Source: Takakia lepidozioides
Lineage: Eukaryota; Plantae; Bryophyta
Assembly: GCA_030704615.1 (NCBI GenBank)
Contig: CM060732.1
Span: 41,106,001-41,170,000, forward strand
Length of the DNA stretch: 64,000 nt
Direction of reading: 5' to 3'
The notes below the pieces were generated by a model. The model was given only the letters and a program-made list of their open reading frames with translations, made no database searches and was not told the DNA's origin. This document shows, piece by piece, positions 48,401 through 61,763 of the stretch; the stretch's first letter is position 1; every line of letters begins with the position of its first letter. Made by a program: the position numbers and the translations under genes.

Positions 48401-48926
48401 AGATGGAGGAGATTGTCGAAAACATCAGACCTGCAAACTTTGGAGATAGTCGACCCTAAAAGAGAGATAAAATAGGGAGATAATTGGGACGTCCATAGCT
48501 CGTCCGGATAGAGAAGAAGAAAGAAGCTAGATGGCATTTGAGCAGCAACCTCGCCGCCTAATCAAGAGCTCGCTTATATTCAACAAACCTGGATCGATCC
48601 TAAGCTGTCCAACAGAAGCAAGAAGCTCTGAAAACCCCGCTGCTGCAGCAGGAGGAAGTTCAAGTATGGGCAGGATGGGAGAAGCAGGCCTATAGGTGGA
48701 GAGATCAGTGACTACTAACTAGTCCTTCTCTGGGGAGCAGTGATCGCCCAGACTTGTAGACTAGTGTGTGCCGGGAAATATCTACCCAGGGTTAGATGAG
48801 AGTAAAATATCTATTCAAAAGTACATTCTGTTCAAACTACCGGAGGAAAATGAGGTGGGTCGGTTGTGCTCTAAAAGGATAGTGCTACATACTCGTTAAG
48901 TAACAGAATATGCTACTTTATATCTG

Positions 48927-49120
48927 CACCAGTCGGTAGCTGAGTTGGATAGTGCACTGAGTGCCACCCACCCGGGTGACTTGGGCTCAAATCCTCAGAT
49001 CTTATCTTGTCGGCTGTGGTATAAACCAGTGTTGGGAGGTTCTTTGATTCAGCTGCAAACCCCCGGAGATTATCAAGAAGATTATGTGGATATATAACCG
49101 CAGTTCTATAGGTGTCATGT
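48927..49120 (+). mobile_element. tRNA-derived SINE (family 1)
   Basis: CACCAGTCGGTAGCTGAGTTGGATAGTGCACTGAGTGCCACCC...GGGCTCAAATCC. Confidence 0.6.
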
Positions 49121-49492
49121 TTAGTACTCTACCTTTTGATCTTAGTAAGGCCCGTTTTACACTAGGAGTTGAGGCCAAGGGAATGGAACGATCCTATTGG
49201 TCAAGAGCTTAAGGCCGGCCCCAAGAGCTTTCCACTAGGCCAAAATGAAATAATATATTTTATTCTACATAGATATGGCCCCGACATGGCCCCAAGGGCA
49301 AAAAAAACAACCCTCGAGGTTTGGGGGGCCACCAAGGCTCCTTGGGGCCAACACTCACCCAAATAAAATACAATTGTTTTGGTTGCATCTCAACCATACG
49401 ATCAAATGAAGTCATGCTCTCTTCCATCTTTTCCTGTCTCTCGTCCCCCACGCTTCCTCCCTTCCTTCGCCTTCTCGTTTGTCGCGGGTAGA

Positions 49493-50643
49493 ATGGATAG
49501 CTCACAGTATGCCGTATGGAGTACTGAGGGGATTCCAGACATGCAAGAGAGGATCTTGTCTACTGCGGGATCTCTCACATTTCAGCCATTTTGCCCTGTT
49601 GTTGCACAAAGATCAAATCTGCCCCCTTTGAATCCAAGCATTGATGATGACGCTGGTCTGATTAGTGACCCTGGAGTTGGCGAGAAATTGAAATGCAAGA
49701 AGAAGACAGCTTGCCCTAAGCCTATAGGTGTAGACACCCAAGATGAGGATGTGTAGATTATTCCAGAAGTGCAATGTCGAAGAGACAATCTGCACGCAAG
49801 AAAGCTGCACCCAAGACAACCAAATCCAAGAAGGCTTTGAAGAAAGAGGACACCCAGGAAGATGCAGATTCTACCGGTTCAAAAGTCTGGAAAGATTAAG
49901 ATACGGAGGCACTGATTGCACTTCGAGGTGAAATGGAACCCGAGTTTGTGAAGAATGCCAAGAAACAAGGTATTTGTTGTTTTCGCTTCTCGGCTGCCTT
50001 GTTTGACATGCTTGCTTATATATTCAGTTGAAGTTATGACAGCCTTGTGGGGAAGAGATGCAAGCTAACCACCGAGGAGACTCTGTTCCATTCATATCTA
50101 TTTTTGTGCCTATCAATGCTAGTTTAGAAGCTTTCTATTCTCTAACTTCCAAGCTTTCTATTGCTTCAGGAGTTGATGTATGGCTGAAGCTACATGCCAG
50201 AATGGTTGTAGCAGTTCCAGGGTTTACAAAAACAGTCAAAGCATGTAAGAAAAAATTCAACGCCTTGTTTAAACAGTACAAAATTGACAAAATGACAAAC
50301 GGAATATCTGGAGAAGGTAGGCATGAATGCAAGTTCTATGACTCCATTGATCAGTGGTGGCATCAAGCCGGAACAATCATGAAGCATGTCACAACATCTG
50401 CAAATGAATCATCTGACCAGTCATCTACACCTGAAGAAAATACTAAATTCTTGGACAGCGAACTTACATCGGAGACTACCTTACAGTCTGCTCACAAGAG
50501 TGAAAAAAATACATTCCACGACTATTGGTATGCTCTCAAAGATGGTAGAGCACAGTAGTAGTATGATGAAGAATTTTGAGAAAACAAATGCTTTATTAGA
50601 AAGAGTTGATCGTCAAATGGACAGACTCATAGACAAACTGTAG
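49493..50643 (+). pseudogene. Harbinger Myb/SANT (trihelix-like) DNA-binding protein
   Basis: WKD*DTEALIALRGEMEPEFVKNAKKQ|GVDVWLKLHARM...ACKKKFNALFKQYK...CKFYDSIDQWW; intron ~49970-50170; stops and a frameshift. Confidence 0.8.
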
Positions 50644-50869
50644 AGATAGGCTTGATCAGTCACTATCATCAGAATAGCTTGTGGCAGGAAACACGGCATT
50701 GCCTTCTTTCCGCAATTTTACTTCATAAAATATTTTTGCAAATAATTCATGAGCTTGAATTGCTTCGTGCAGTAATTTTTTGATCCTAGTCTCTTTGTCT
50801 CTCCTGGTTTCTGGCCTCTCTTCATTGTTTTCATCACTTGTGTCCACTTCTCCTTCATCAATTCATGTC

Positions 50870-51615
50870 TCAATTTTAGATGCAATATTAAGGTGTTGTA
50901 ATGCTCTCATTTCTTTTATTGCTTGTTCAACAACTTGAAATACATCCGTGTGGCGCAAATCTCCAAGTACATGGTTAGCTTCCCTTTGCATCATTTCCTC
51001 TTTTGCCCATTCCATATCAAACGTATCTCCGTGTATAATTCATAGGTTGTGTAGACACAATGTGGCAATGACCAAATCCGGCAAATTCCTTAGTGGCATA
51101 TCGACTCTTTTCAGTAGAACTCTGCAACGTCCTTTAAGCACCCCAAATGCCCTTTCCACTGACATTCTTGTGCTTGATTGTATGAAATTCCAGTGAGCTT
51201 TTGCTCTTGACAACCCCTCTTTCTCACCTTTGAATGGTAAGTAAAACCAGGGCCTCATTGGATATGCGGCATCACCGATCAATTTGTAAGGTAGAAATGC
51301 ACCCTTCATCACTCTTTTGCCAATTTCACTTTGTTGAAATAATGCCCAGTCATGGCTACGTCCAGCCCACCCGAAGTCGAAATCCCAGAATATACATTTG
51401 GAGTCCACTATCCCTTGCAGTAGAGCTGAATAGAATCCTTTGCGGCAGTAGTAGGCGGTTGGATCAACTTTAGGAGCAATAATTGGTATATAGCTATCAT
51501 CCACGGCTCCAATTATATATGGGATCCCCTGCAATGCTTCAAACTCGGCTGTCATTCTCTTTATGCTTTAACCAGTAGGTTTCTCAAAGACTATGTGCTT
51601 CAAATGTTTTTTGAA
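50870..51615 (-). pseudogene. Harbinger DDE transposase (HARBI1-like), N-terminally deleted
   Basis: IIGAVDDSYIPI..P, YYCRKGFYS, GWAGRSHD, LIGDAAYP, STRMSVERAFGVLKGR, LHN. Confidence 0.92.
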
Positions 51616-52169
51616 GACCCCTAAGAAATACATATTTTAATGCTTACTTGAGGCCACCCTAAGGTCAATTAGTACTAAAAAATGGGCTCCCTTGGCCCCA
51701 AGATTTGTTAGCCTCGATCCTAGTGTAAAGTGGCCCTAAGCACAATGGCTAAGTTTCTTAGCAAGTCGTGAAATTGGAATGCCACCATGAGCGCTGGGGT
51801 AAAAATGAAGCTACGGTGGCTCAAAAAAGTCCATAGGTGGCCTACACATGCAAGAAGTTCCAAGGGTTTTCACAATTTTGATTTAATGATTACGGAAAAA
51901 ATATAGTTACTATATTCATCCATGCTGAAAGATATAACAGACACTATTGCATTATTTCTATTTTTCCTAGTAACAAACATTAATACTATTTTCTTATATA
52001 TATATATATTAATTTTCATTATATTGCATAACACTTGGTATGCAGGCTACACTTCATCTACATGAAATGTACTTATAGTGAAGCAAGTCCATTGTCTTAC
52101 TTTGTTTCCATGCATTCATGTACTTTGGCAAAAATCAGTTTTTTGAGGCTCACAATCAATATATGAATC

Positions 52170-53070
52170 AAGACGTTTGTTTTGTTTTGTTTTGTTTTGT
52201 TTTGTAGCGTCGTTGAGGTCTCCCAAACCGCGGGCCCTAGCGCGGGTGCTTAGTGCCGTTGGAAAGCCCTCGAGGAAGAGGGGTGCACCAGCTTGGTCTC
52301 ATGATTTTTGGACAAGCGGTGAGGGAGATGTGGAATTCCAAGTACTTTTGGTCGCTGGAAATTCACAAAAAATAGCAAAAATGACAAAGTGGGCATTCCT
52401 TGACAAAGGTCGGAGCCCTCGACGGGAGAGATATCAAGGGAAAGGTCTCCGATTCAAATTTGGTCGTAGGCTTTGTGGAAAAAAAACTTACTTAGATAAC
52501 ATTGGACACTTGGACCAACAGCAAAGGTTACCCTAGAGATTGCATTTGGGCAGCTTTGACATAGGAGAAGCACTTTGATACATAAGGGATTGCACTTCGA
52601 CTTAGATGACACTCGACACTTGGGCCAACGGCATACGCTATCCTAGAGGAGGAAATTCGGGAAAAATAGCAAAGTGGGCTTTCCTGGAGCAATGATTGGC
52701 CCTTCATGTAGGAGATTTGGGAATTTCAAGTCTTTTTGGTCGCTGGAAATTCACGAAAAATAGCAAAGTGCATATATCAATATATGAAGCCTCGATAGGG
52801 GAGATTGCAAAAATAGCAAAGTAGGCTTTCGGATTGCACTTGGACTTAGGTGACATTGGATACTAGAGGTCGCACTTTGGACTCTACATAGGAGACGCAC
52901 ATGGAGACATAGGAGATAGCACTTGGGCTTAGATTTTCAATTTTTCACACATGGGCCAATGACACAAGCTACCCAGATCTCCCAAACAGTGGGGTCTCTG
53001 GATACATAGGGGATTGCACTTGGACATAGATGACACTGGACACTTGGGCCAACGGCACAGGCTACCCTAG
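52170..53070 (+). mobile_element. internally repetitive element with Helitron-like end
   Basis: Four copies of CACTTGGGCCAACGGCACAGGCTACCCTAG-like blocks and AAAATAGCAAAGTG repeats; ends CTAG|T at 53070. Confidence 0.5.
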
Positions 53071-53096
53071 TAATATATAAAAATAAGAAATTTCAC

Positions 53097-53260
53097 TTGT
53101 AGCCCAGTGGTAATGGACACATATCACCTTGGAAGTGGTTGTGGGTTCAATCCACCGATTGGTGTCACAAAGGTGTCCACCTTCTTGCTGGAAGGCAATA
53201 ACCCTTCGGGGTCAAGAGACACCATAAATTACGCTTCCTTCGGGAGGCGTCATATTATTT
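53097..53260 (+). mobile_element. SINE family 2
   Basis: Homologous to 22801-22982 along its length. Confidence 0.8.
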
Positions 53261-53658
53261 TTTTTTTCACTTTTTTGAAAGTTTTCTATAGGACTTTAGT
53301 CTCTTTAAGAGTAGAGCAATATGAATATGAGTCCCCACTATCATATTTGTTTTTCTATAGTCAGTGCAAAAAGTCCATAACACTTGTTTTGATAGACTGT
53401 GACACTGTCATATGCAATTTTCTAAAGTCCAATACTTCGACAAATCAACTTCATTTCTTTGTGAAAATTTAAAGATTAGAGCTTATAGTAATTGAAGGCA
53501 TAAGAGTGAGTTACATTTCATCATTGTAATAAAAATTTGTCTCTAAGAAGAAAAATGAAATTCAATTTACTTTGTGTTGTGTGAAGAATGGAATGATGAA
53601 ATGAGAATATAATTTTGAAGGTAATGGTTGAAGAATTATAATTATGTGAGATAGTGAG

Positions 53659-54586
53659 AATGTGCACAAATGGAGTGGATAAAGATTCTGAGCGAGAATT
53701 AATTCCTGGTTTACCCAGAGAAATATCGATTCGGATATTTAAGAGTTTATCTTGCAATGAGGCAGAGTTAGTTCGAATAGAATGTGTGAGTAAAGTTTGG
53801 AGAAAGGATTATCAATTTTATATAAACATCGTCAATTAGGACGTAAATGGATCAATATGTGGTGCTATCCGATAGATGGTTACCCAGAGTTCATAAAGAA
53901 GCAGATTAAGGACATGAAAATAGAAAGTCTTCGATTGGATTAACTGGAGGAATATAACAATGAAGTAAAATCATTTGCATGGCAGAGAGCAATGATGAGG
54001 GAGTAAAATAAGTATCAGAGTTGATCACCGGATTACCGAATCATTTATCGATAATAATCTTTCAGAAGCTTTGTTGTAGCGATAAAGAAGTATTCTTATT
54101 ACAATTAGTCAATAGAGGATGGTACAAAGAGTTATCAATTCTATACACGAATTGTTACTGGAAGCACAGTTGGTTGCAGAAGTGGTACCGACTTTTGAAG
54201 ACTATCCTGAACTTATGAGAGAATGGAGTAATACCTTTGGTGAGGGAAGGTTCCTGGAGCAACTGAAGAAACATGATTGGTGGTGAAGAGCAATCGATAG
54301 TGATGTGTGGAGAAGAACGAATAGTAGATCCTATAGAATTAATTACTAGATTACCTAATAGTCTGTCGATAAATATATTTAAAAGACTGCGATGTAGTGA
54401 CAGAGAGATAATCAATTTATGGCTTGTGAGTAAATGATGGTGTCGAGATTTAGTGACCTTGTATCAAGCAGATTACTGGAGGAGAGAATTAGATGAGCAA
54501 TGGTATTTGATCTCAGCCAATATGATAGAGTTGATAGAGAATGGGAATATCATTGAAACTGGAAAAGTCTTAGTTGCTATAAATTG
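53659..54586 (+). pseudogene. decayed ORF with three tandem F-box-like repeats
   Basis: ELIPGLPREISIRIFKSL..., ELITGLPNHLSIIIFQKL..., ELITRLPNSLSINIFKRL..., each followed by VS/N..W...L..LY....W; in-frame stops and frameshifts. Confidence 0.7.
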
Positions 54587-54612
54587 AGACAAGTAATGGT
54601 AGAAAGCTCTCT

Positions 54613-55219
54613 GTAGAAGCGACGACGTGGCGTGGTCCCCTGTTGTGGGTTTGAGTGGGCGAGGGTCGCCATAACCGACGGCGGGGCGTGGCCCTTTGCG
54701 ACGGGTTTTTTTGGGCAGGGGTTGCTGCAACCGACGGCGAGGCATGGCCCCCTGCAACGGGGGTTTTTTTTTGGCGATGTATAGGGTCGCTAGAACCAAC
54801 CCCTCTGGAACGCCCAGGTGACTGTTGCCACGCCCAGGCGTCGCAAGATGGGGCCCCACACCGCTGGCTGGCAACGCCCCATGGCGCCACGTGTATCAGT
54901 TTTTTATGGCAGTCCTCCAGGCACTTCCAAGAAAAAACACTCAGCGACACCGAGCCGTCGTCCTACACAATGCTGTCGGCTGGAAGGCAGCGACGGCCGG
55001 ACGTCGCTAGCAGGAGGCCCTGCCAGCACTGTGGATTGCCTAAAAGCGACGTCGTCTGGGCGTCGCAGGGGGGTGGCGGTGCTTAGCGACCCCCATCCGT
55101 CGGATAATAGCAACTGTATTCTTGCCACGCCCCTGCGACGAGATTGCGACGCCTGGGCATCTCAAAATGGGGCTTGGACCCTGCCCCAAAATGGCGATTT
55201 GCCACGGCGTCGCTAAACC
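54613..55219. mobile_element. GC-rich MITE-like element
   Basis: Imperfect terminal inverted repeat AGCGACGACGTGGC / GCCACGGCGTCGCT, many internal GCGAC/GTCGC motifs, sharp GC contrast with the left flank. Confidence 0.45.
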
Positions 55220-56329
55220 CCTCCTCCCGTGGTTTCTTGTCGTGAAATGGCTGCCAAGGTGAAACGAGTTACTGAGCGGGAAGAGGTGGTAGCCCAGAAA
55301 CGATTCGGACAGCAAGAACGAGCCCAAAAGAAGGTTTTCGATGCGATTTGGAGCACCAAGGCATGTAGGGTATGCGTCACAAGGCAATGGGAACCCCGGA
55401 GTGAGTGTAACACATGAGAATGGTAGTTATGGTAGCGGCAGGTGATCGTCTACATTTTGCAATAAAAAACAACACCCCATTCTCCTTAACGGGTTCCTGA
55501 CGCCTTACTGCGGCAATGCTCCGCCCCTATGCAGGTACAATCAATGCATCGCCATGGAACGGAGTCACGCCAAGGCCCATGGCGAGGACACTACCCACCT
55601 TGTGGTCTACCCACTACGTCCCCCTGCCATGACAAGAATCCCACTGTAACCATGTAATATGAACTTGAGCCCACTGCAACCACGTAATATGAACTTAAGC
55701 TTCTAAGTCATCTCACCTGCATGCAGCAAGACGACCATGGATCTAAGGGGTTGGTTTACCTGGTGCCCGGGACCCACGTTGATGTCTTTTGTGAATCTCT
55801 TTTGTCAGAGTTGGTTTGGAAGGTAGTAAGTTTTGAGAATGTCTTTGGTCAGAGTTGATTTGGAGTGGTTAGTTTTGAGGTCCGCCGTTGCACATATAGA
55901 CAAATCTCTTTGGCCAGACTTGATTTCGTTGGTGATCAGTTTTAAGACCATCAATGGTTTGACTTTTGATGCATTGAATACCACTATAGAATGGAGGCCA
56001 GGTCATGGGCAATTACTCAAGAAGTTTTGAATTGCTTAAGGAATGCACGTTTGTAGATGCAACACTTGTGCATGTGAGGCAGTTGCAGGCTTTGCATTAG
56101 ATATATTTTGGGTGTGTATTGGTTGGGTCTACCGCACACACATAGGCAAATATGTATTCAGACTTTGATAACTCGTATGAAATGGCCACTTGCATAAGAA
56201 AAAATGTAATTCATATGAGGCCCCGGTTGTTGTATTGCTAATCCAATGGTACCATTATCTCCTCAGTGCACCTCATGTATAAGTCACACTCACTAAATGC
56301 ACACATTTGGGTGTTACTACCTTAGACCA

Positions 56330-57030
56330 GCAACGTTCCTTGATGGCCTCATTAAATGAATAATCCCACATAGAAGAATGTAATGCATTTTCCAATATAG
56401 TCTATATCTAATCCTAAAATTATACATCGGAGACAAACCGGCCACTTTCAAATGTTCTCTACTCAACCAGCCATTTAAGCTATTCGTGAAGATCCAACAT
56501 ACTATCCATTTCCAATTATGCAGCTTAAGGTTTTGTGCTCATTGAATAATGATATATCCATTAAAATATTTCGTCCATATCTTTGTGTCATCTCATCTTC
56601 CTTTCATTATCTCACGTTCCACTACATAGTTTTATGTCTTGGTTATACCTCACATAGTCTCATGTCATGTATCTCAATTCACATTGAAACATGAATTCAT
56701 GATAACATGGGGAGTAAAGTAGTTAACAGATAATTTATAGACATATCATATCATATCAAAGTTAGGATAAGATTAGGATAGCATAACGCATTTCTAGACT
56801 CAAGCCTATAAGCACCGTGGCATATGAATCTGCATCCTAAACCTAATTATGATATAAGCCCTTCCATTTTCAAAAATTTCTCAACAACATACATCAACAA
56901 AACCTTCCTACCAATGGTATTACAAGTTGAGAACCCAAAAGAACAAACCCTCATAACTGAATTCACCACCCAAAAAAAAAAATGAAGGGGATGAGTTGTA
57001 AGTTGTCTAATTGAAAATTTAGTTCAATTT
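56330..57030. repeat. diverged direct duplicate of KNOX downstream flank (57350-58050)
   Basis: Collinear blocks AACGTTCCTTGATGGCCT, ATTCG.GAAGATCCAACATA, CATTGAATAATGATATATCCATT, CCCTCATAACTGAATTCACCACC. Confidence 0.85.
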
Positions 57031-57126
57031 TGCAAGTAAATGGAAAGCAATTGCATCTCATCTTCTCATCTTCAGGAAGTCATTTATAGCAACTTGATGA
57101 TCTTGTTGTCGCATACGAAACTCCAA

Positions 57127-57270
57127 TTATTCAGTGAGTTTGCCATTGCCACTTGGAAACTTGGCATTGCGATGCATCCATTTGTTCACACAAGTCCAAT
57201 GACGCTTCCGCTCATTGATAAATCAATTGTTGATTTGTTTGGCATTCAAGTCGCACATAATGTGATCCAT
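57127..57270 (-). pseudogene. KNOX1: older KNOX1 last-exon remnant
   Basis: [36 protein letters not shown]; W48 codon is TGA. Confidence 0.85.
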
Positions 57271-57486
57271 TCTAATTAGAACTATAACATTAATTCAAAT
57301 AGTTCCACAATTACTATTATATTCCTAGACATTGCTTATACTAAACCAGAAACGTTCCTTGATGGCCTTGAATGAGTACTCCCACATAGAAGAAATTATG
57401 TAACGTATTTCTTGCAACTATTGTCTATACCTTATGGTGAATTACACAATGGAGCCAAATTCACTTTCACATGTCTCCACTCAACA

Positions 57487-60400
57487 TAGTCGATTGCTCA
57501 TATTTGACCTATTCGCGAAGATCCAACATAACATGCATTTTCAATTATGCACCTTAAGTTTTTGTGCCCATTGAATAATGATATATCCATTGAAATATTT
57601 CATCCATGATATCTCGATGTCATCCCATCTTTATTTCAAGTTATCTCCCGTTCTACTATATAGTTTCGTGTCTTGGTTATACCTAACATAGTCCCATGTC
57701 CTGTATCTCAATTCATATATGAGAACATGAGGAATAAAGTTGTTTAAAGATAATTTATATCATATTTTAGTTAGTTAGGATAGCACTTATGATAGCTTAA
57801 GGCATTTCTAGACAAAGCCTAACGACAAGCATATGATTTCTAAACCAACCAAATTATGACGTCTTCACAAATTTCTCAACAACATATATCAACAAAGAGT
57901 TTCCTACCATTAGTACTACATATATGCAACAAAGACTTTCTTACCAATAGTATTATGAATTGAGAACACAAAAGAACCAACCCTCATAACTGAATTCACC
58001 ACCAAAAAAGAGGAAGAAAAAAGTTGAGTTGTAAGTTATCTAATGTTGTCTAATAGATAAGTTTTTGCAAGAACTCAATAACCGCAACGGTGACAAATAC
58101 GGAGTTAATTCCTTGAGGGGTAACAAAATTTGTGTCAGATTGGATAGAGACAACCAGCAACTGTTGATGTACACAACATCCACAAGATCATAGAAATGGT
58201 TGCCACAATATTCACTAGAAGGTTTCTCGGATGTTGTTGAGCATTTCTACCACTTCAAGCCAAGGCTGGATGCACTCATTTGAAGACTAAACTTTATCCA
58301 TATTGATAGATTACATTTACTACAAGGGCTCTAATTCGCTAGCTCTCCGGACTTGCCTCTTCCACTTGTCCATAACCAACTTTAATTGAAAGCTTGGTGT
58401 GTGCAGGAAGCTGTTAGTGAGCTACAACAAAATTCAACAAGAAGACTGCGGACCCAAAGTTACAAGTGTCAACATCAAATAAGTATATTTGGCCGCGGCC
58501 GAGATCCCAGTGTCATACTCTTAACCCCCAAAGAAGTGTCTCTTACTCCATGTAAATGTTGTGTGTGAACCAAGTGACCACAATAGCAAACCGACTAACT
58601 CAATGCAAGTAACTTCTGAAAATTATTCATCAAACCAACTCCAACTATTTCTTCAGTTTGTCCTTGCCACTCGGAAACTTGACATTGGGATGCATGCACT
58701 TGTTCTCACCAGTCCAATGACGTTTGCGTTCGTTGACGAACCAATTGTTGATCTGTATCGCATCCAAGTCGCACATTTCTTGGAGGCGTATCTTCTCAAT
58801 GTCCTACACGCACACAATGTTTGTATGTTTCAGATCCCAAAGGATTTAGAGAATCCACATGTACAAACATTTTTAGGAGAACTATTCGTACATCTAAATA
58901 GAAGTCAATTGCTACCTATCACTGAGGCTGCAAATACATATGTCAATGATGGTAAGTGAAAAGAAAACAAAAATTTATGCTTAAAAAAGACACGTATTCA
59001 CCGTAGGGTAGGGCCATGACTGATGCTTTTCAAACCAATCTTTCAAAATCTGACGAGCATGTAAGGGGAACCTCCCTTTTTTGCTCACAGGGTGAAACTC
59101 ATATATTAGACCCGCAATGTAAGGTCGATATTTTTGATGAAGGAGTCTCTTCAGCTCAAGGTCCGGGGCCATGGGGTCGATGATTATGCTATAGTCAATC
59201 AACGTGGGATCAATAACCCTAAGGTCGATCTCATCATCCTCTCCTGCAACCCAAAGTTCTCATGATTTTCGTACTCCCGCACCGCTTCACAAAATTTCAA
59301 GCTATTGTCAGATCACTCTCACTCTAAGATTCTACGCGTCAGATCAACTTCATGGTTTCATATCCCTAGATAGTTAGATACATGTATAGTATGATACACC
59401 ACTTTCATACCTATCAAATATAATCCAGTATTTTATATATGTGTATATTTGTTCGGATTCGTATAAACAATGTTTTCAAATAAATATGTTTCAGATTCCA
59501 AAGGATTCATATATACTTCATAATCCACATGTACAAACATGATTGGGAGAACTATACATACATCTAAATAGAAGACAAGTGTAATTATCTGTGGAGTCTG
59601 TAAATACACACACACCGATGATAACTTAACGAGCATTCTTAAGCCCAAATGGTAAGAACCGCTGCTGATAGGAGAGCTAGCGAATTAGAGCCCTTGTAGT
59701 AAATGTAATCTATCAATATGGATAAAGTTTAGTCTTCAAATGAGTGCATCCAGCCTTGGCTTAAAGTGGTAGAAATGCTCAACAACATCTGAGAAACCTT
59801 CTGTTGAATATTGTGGCAACCATTTCTATGATCTTGTGGATGTTGTGTACATCAACAGTTGCTGGTTGTCTCTGTCCAATCTGACACAAATTTTGTTACC
59901 CCTCAAAGAATTAACTCGTATTTGTCACCGTTGCGGTTATTGAGTTCTTGCAAAAACTTATCTATTAGACAACATTAGATAACTTACAATTCAACTTTTT
60001 TCTTTCTCTTTTTTGGTGGTGAATTCAGTTATGAGGGTTGGTTCTTTTGTGTTCTCAATTCATAATACTATTGGTAAGAAAGTCTTTGTTGCATATATGT
60101 AGTACTAATGGTAGGAAACTCTTTGTTGATATATGTTCTTGAGAAATTTGTGAAGACGTCATAATTTGGTTGGTTTAGAAATCATATGCTTGTTGTTAGG
60201 CTTTAGTCTAGAAATGCCTTAAGCTATCATAAGTGCTATCCTAACTAACTAAAATATGATATAAATTATCTTTAAACAACTTTATTCCCCATGTTCTCAT
60301 ATATGAATTGAGATACATGACATGGGACTATGTTAGGTATAACCAAGACACGAAACTATATAGTAGAACGGGAGATAACTTGAAATAAAGATGGGATGAC

Positions 60401-60532
60401 ATCGAGATATCATGGATGAAATATTTCAATGGATATATCATTATTCAATGGGCACAAAAATTTAAGGTGCATAATTGAAAATGCATGTTATGTTGGATCT
60501 TCGCGAATAGGTCAAAGATGAGCAATCGACTA
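57487..60532. repeat. 862-bp inverted repeat (57487-58348 / 59671-60532) enclosing a KNOX pseudocopy
   Basis: Arms are reverse complements with only scattered mismatches; 1.3-kb spacer. Confidence 0.95.
58645..59284 (-). pseudogene. KNOX1: KNOX1 partial duplicate (ELK-HD exon plus last exon)
   Basis: Exons 59284-59002 and 58803-58645; 7-bp deletion relative to the 62719-62430 exon frameshifts it; no KNOX2 exon upstream; part of direct duplication 58359-59440 / 61792-62875. Confidence 0.9.
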
Positions 60533-60938
60533 ATAATTATATATTATACAATCCTTAAATGAAAATCAATTAAAAAACAATAAAGATCAACAAATCCAAA
60601 TAATTGCATGACTCCCAAACAAACGTAACGTAGATGTCACTTCATCTTAAAGAGTTACTCAAGTTTCTAAGGGATGTACTTGGAACGGTTGAAAATTCCC
60701 AAGTATATGACCCATTGATCCAACCATCACTTTTTTGGAATAACAAAATTGGTTATAAAGATGAAATCCAACATACACTACACAAACCAATTGACTTTGA
60801 AGTCTGGGATTTGTCATAAAGCTGACTTGTGAATGAAGAATGGTTGATAATAACTTGGCGATGTTGTGTCTTAACCACTACCATTAAGTTTGATGGATAT
60901 CCAACAAAATCATATAAGTTTGTTCTCTGGTCACTTAA

Positions 60939-61763
60939 CCCTTAAGTTCCCAAGCCTTTTTTTGACTTTTTACCAATTTTGGGTACCCAGCTGCAGTAAA
61001 TTGCCCCTAGAAACCTACCATAAATCATCCGGAGATTCCAGCCTTATAGCAATGGGCCCAGCTCATTTATGCATGACATACCAAAAAACGAGCCAAGTCC
61101 ACCGTGGAAAATGTGAGATTATAGCGTTGGCCCGGACCTCAAATATCAGGTCCCAAAGAAAAAGTGAGAAAAAAATTGGTTTGACCAGATTAAAACCTAG
61201 CTTTATCCAATTTTGCTTGCCCCAAGACCCACCATTTCCAAATCGATAGTGGAGTGGCTATGACCCCACTAAATCGCAGGTCCAACTGATTTTTTCACCT
61301 ATGGTTGCTATGCATGCAATTACATGGGGGGTTGAAATCTCAAAATTGACAAGAGAAAATGTGCCTCCAAATGAAGTATTTTTTTTTCTATAAAAAATTT
61401 AAAAGCCAATGGTGGATGTGTGTATGTAATGCTCACACACCACAGGTGAAGCGTTTTTTCTAAAATTGCTAAATTTCTGCCAAAAATGGCCTTTGGAGTG
61501 CAATCTATTTTGGGCTTGTTTACTTGCCACGTCAGCGGTCAACAAGCCCTTTTCAGGCCCCAAAACGTAAATGAGAGATCTAAGATATTTTTTGTAGGTT
61601 GTAGCTTTTGTTTTTTTTAAATTTTTTTTTTTGCATCATACTCGAGACAAATCCCTTGTCATTAAAGCTTCAGGAGTGGGGCCCATCATATTAGATCTGC
61701 AAAAATTAGGTCGAACTGCAAATTTAAAAGTGACCTGATTCAGGTCGCTTGGGAACGTAAGAG
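60939..61763. mobile_element. piggyBac-like MITE
   Basis: TTAA|CCCTTAAGTTCCCAAGC left end; degenerate right end GCTTGGGAACGTAAGAG; the copy at 24275-24295 has the perfect complement plus TTAA. Confidence 0.7.

Larger units (their letters stand above)
49149..51736. mobile_element. PIF/Harbinger transposon (defective)
   Basis: TIRs GGCCCGTTTTACACTAGGA / TCCTAGTGTAAAGTGGCCC; TAA TSD on both sides; convergent Myb/SANT and DDE ORFs. Confidence 0.95.

Noticed and set aside
54473-55417. Cluster of overlapping ORFs on both strands
   Set aside because: By-product of a GC-rich repetitive element; no recognisable domain.
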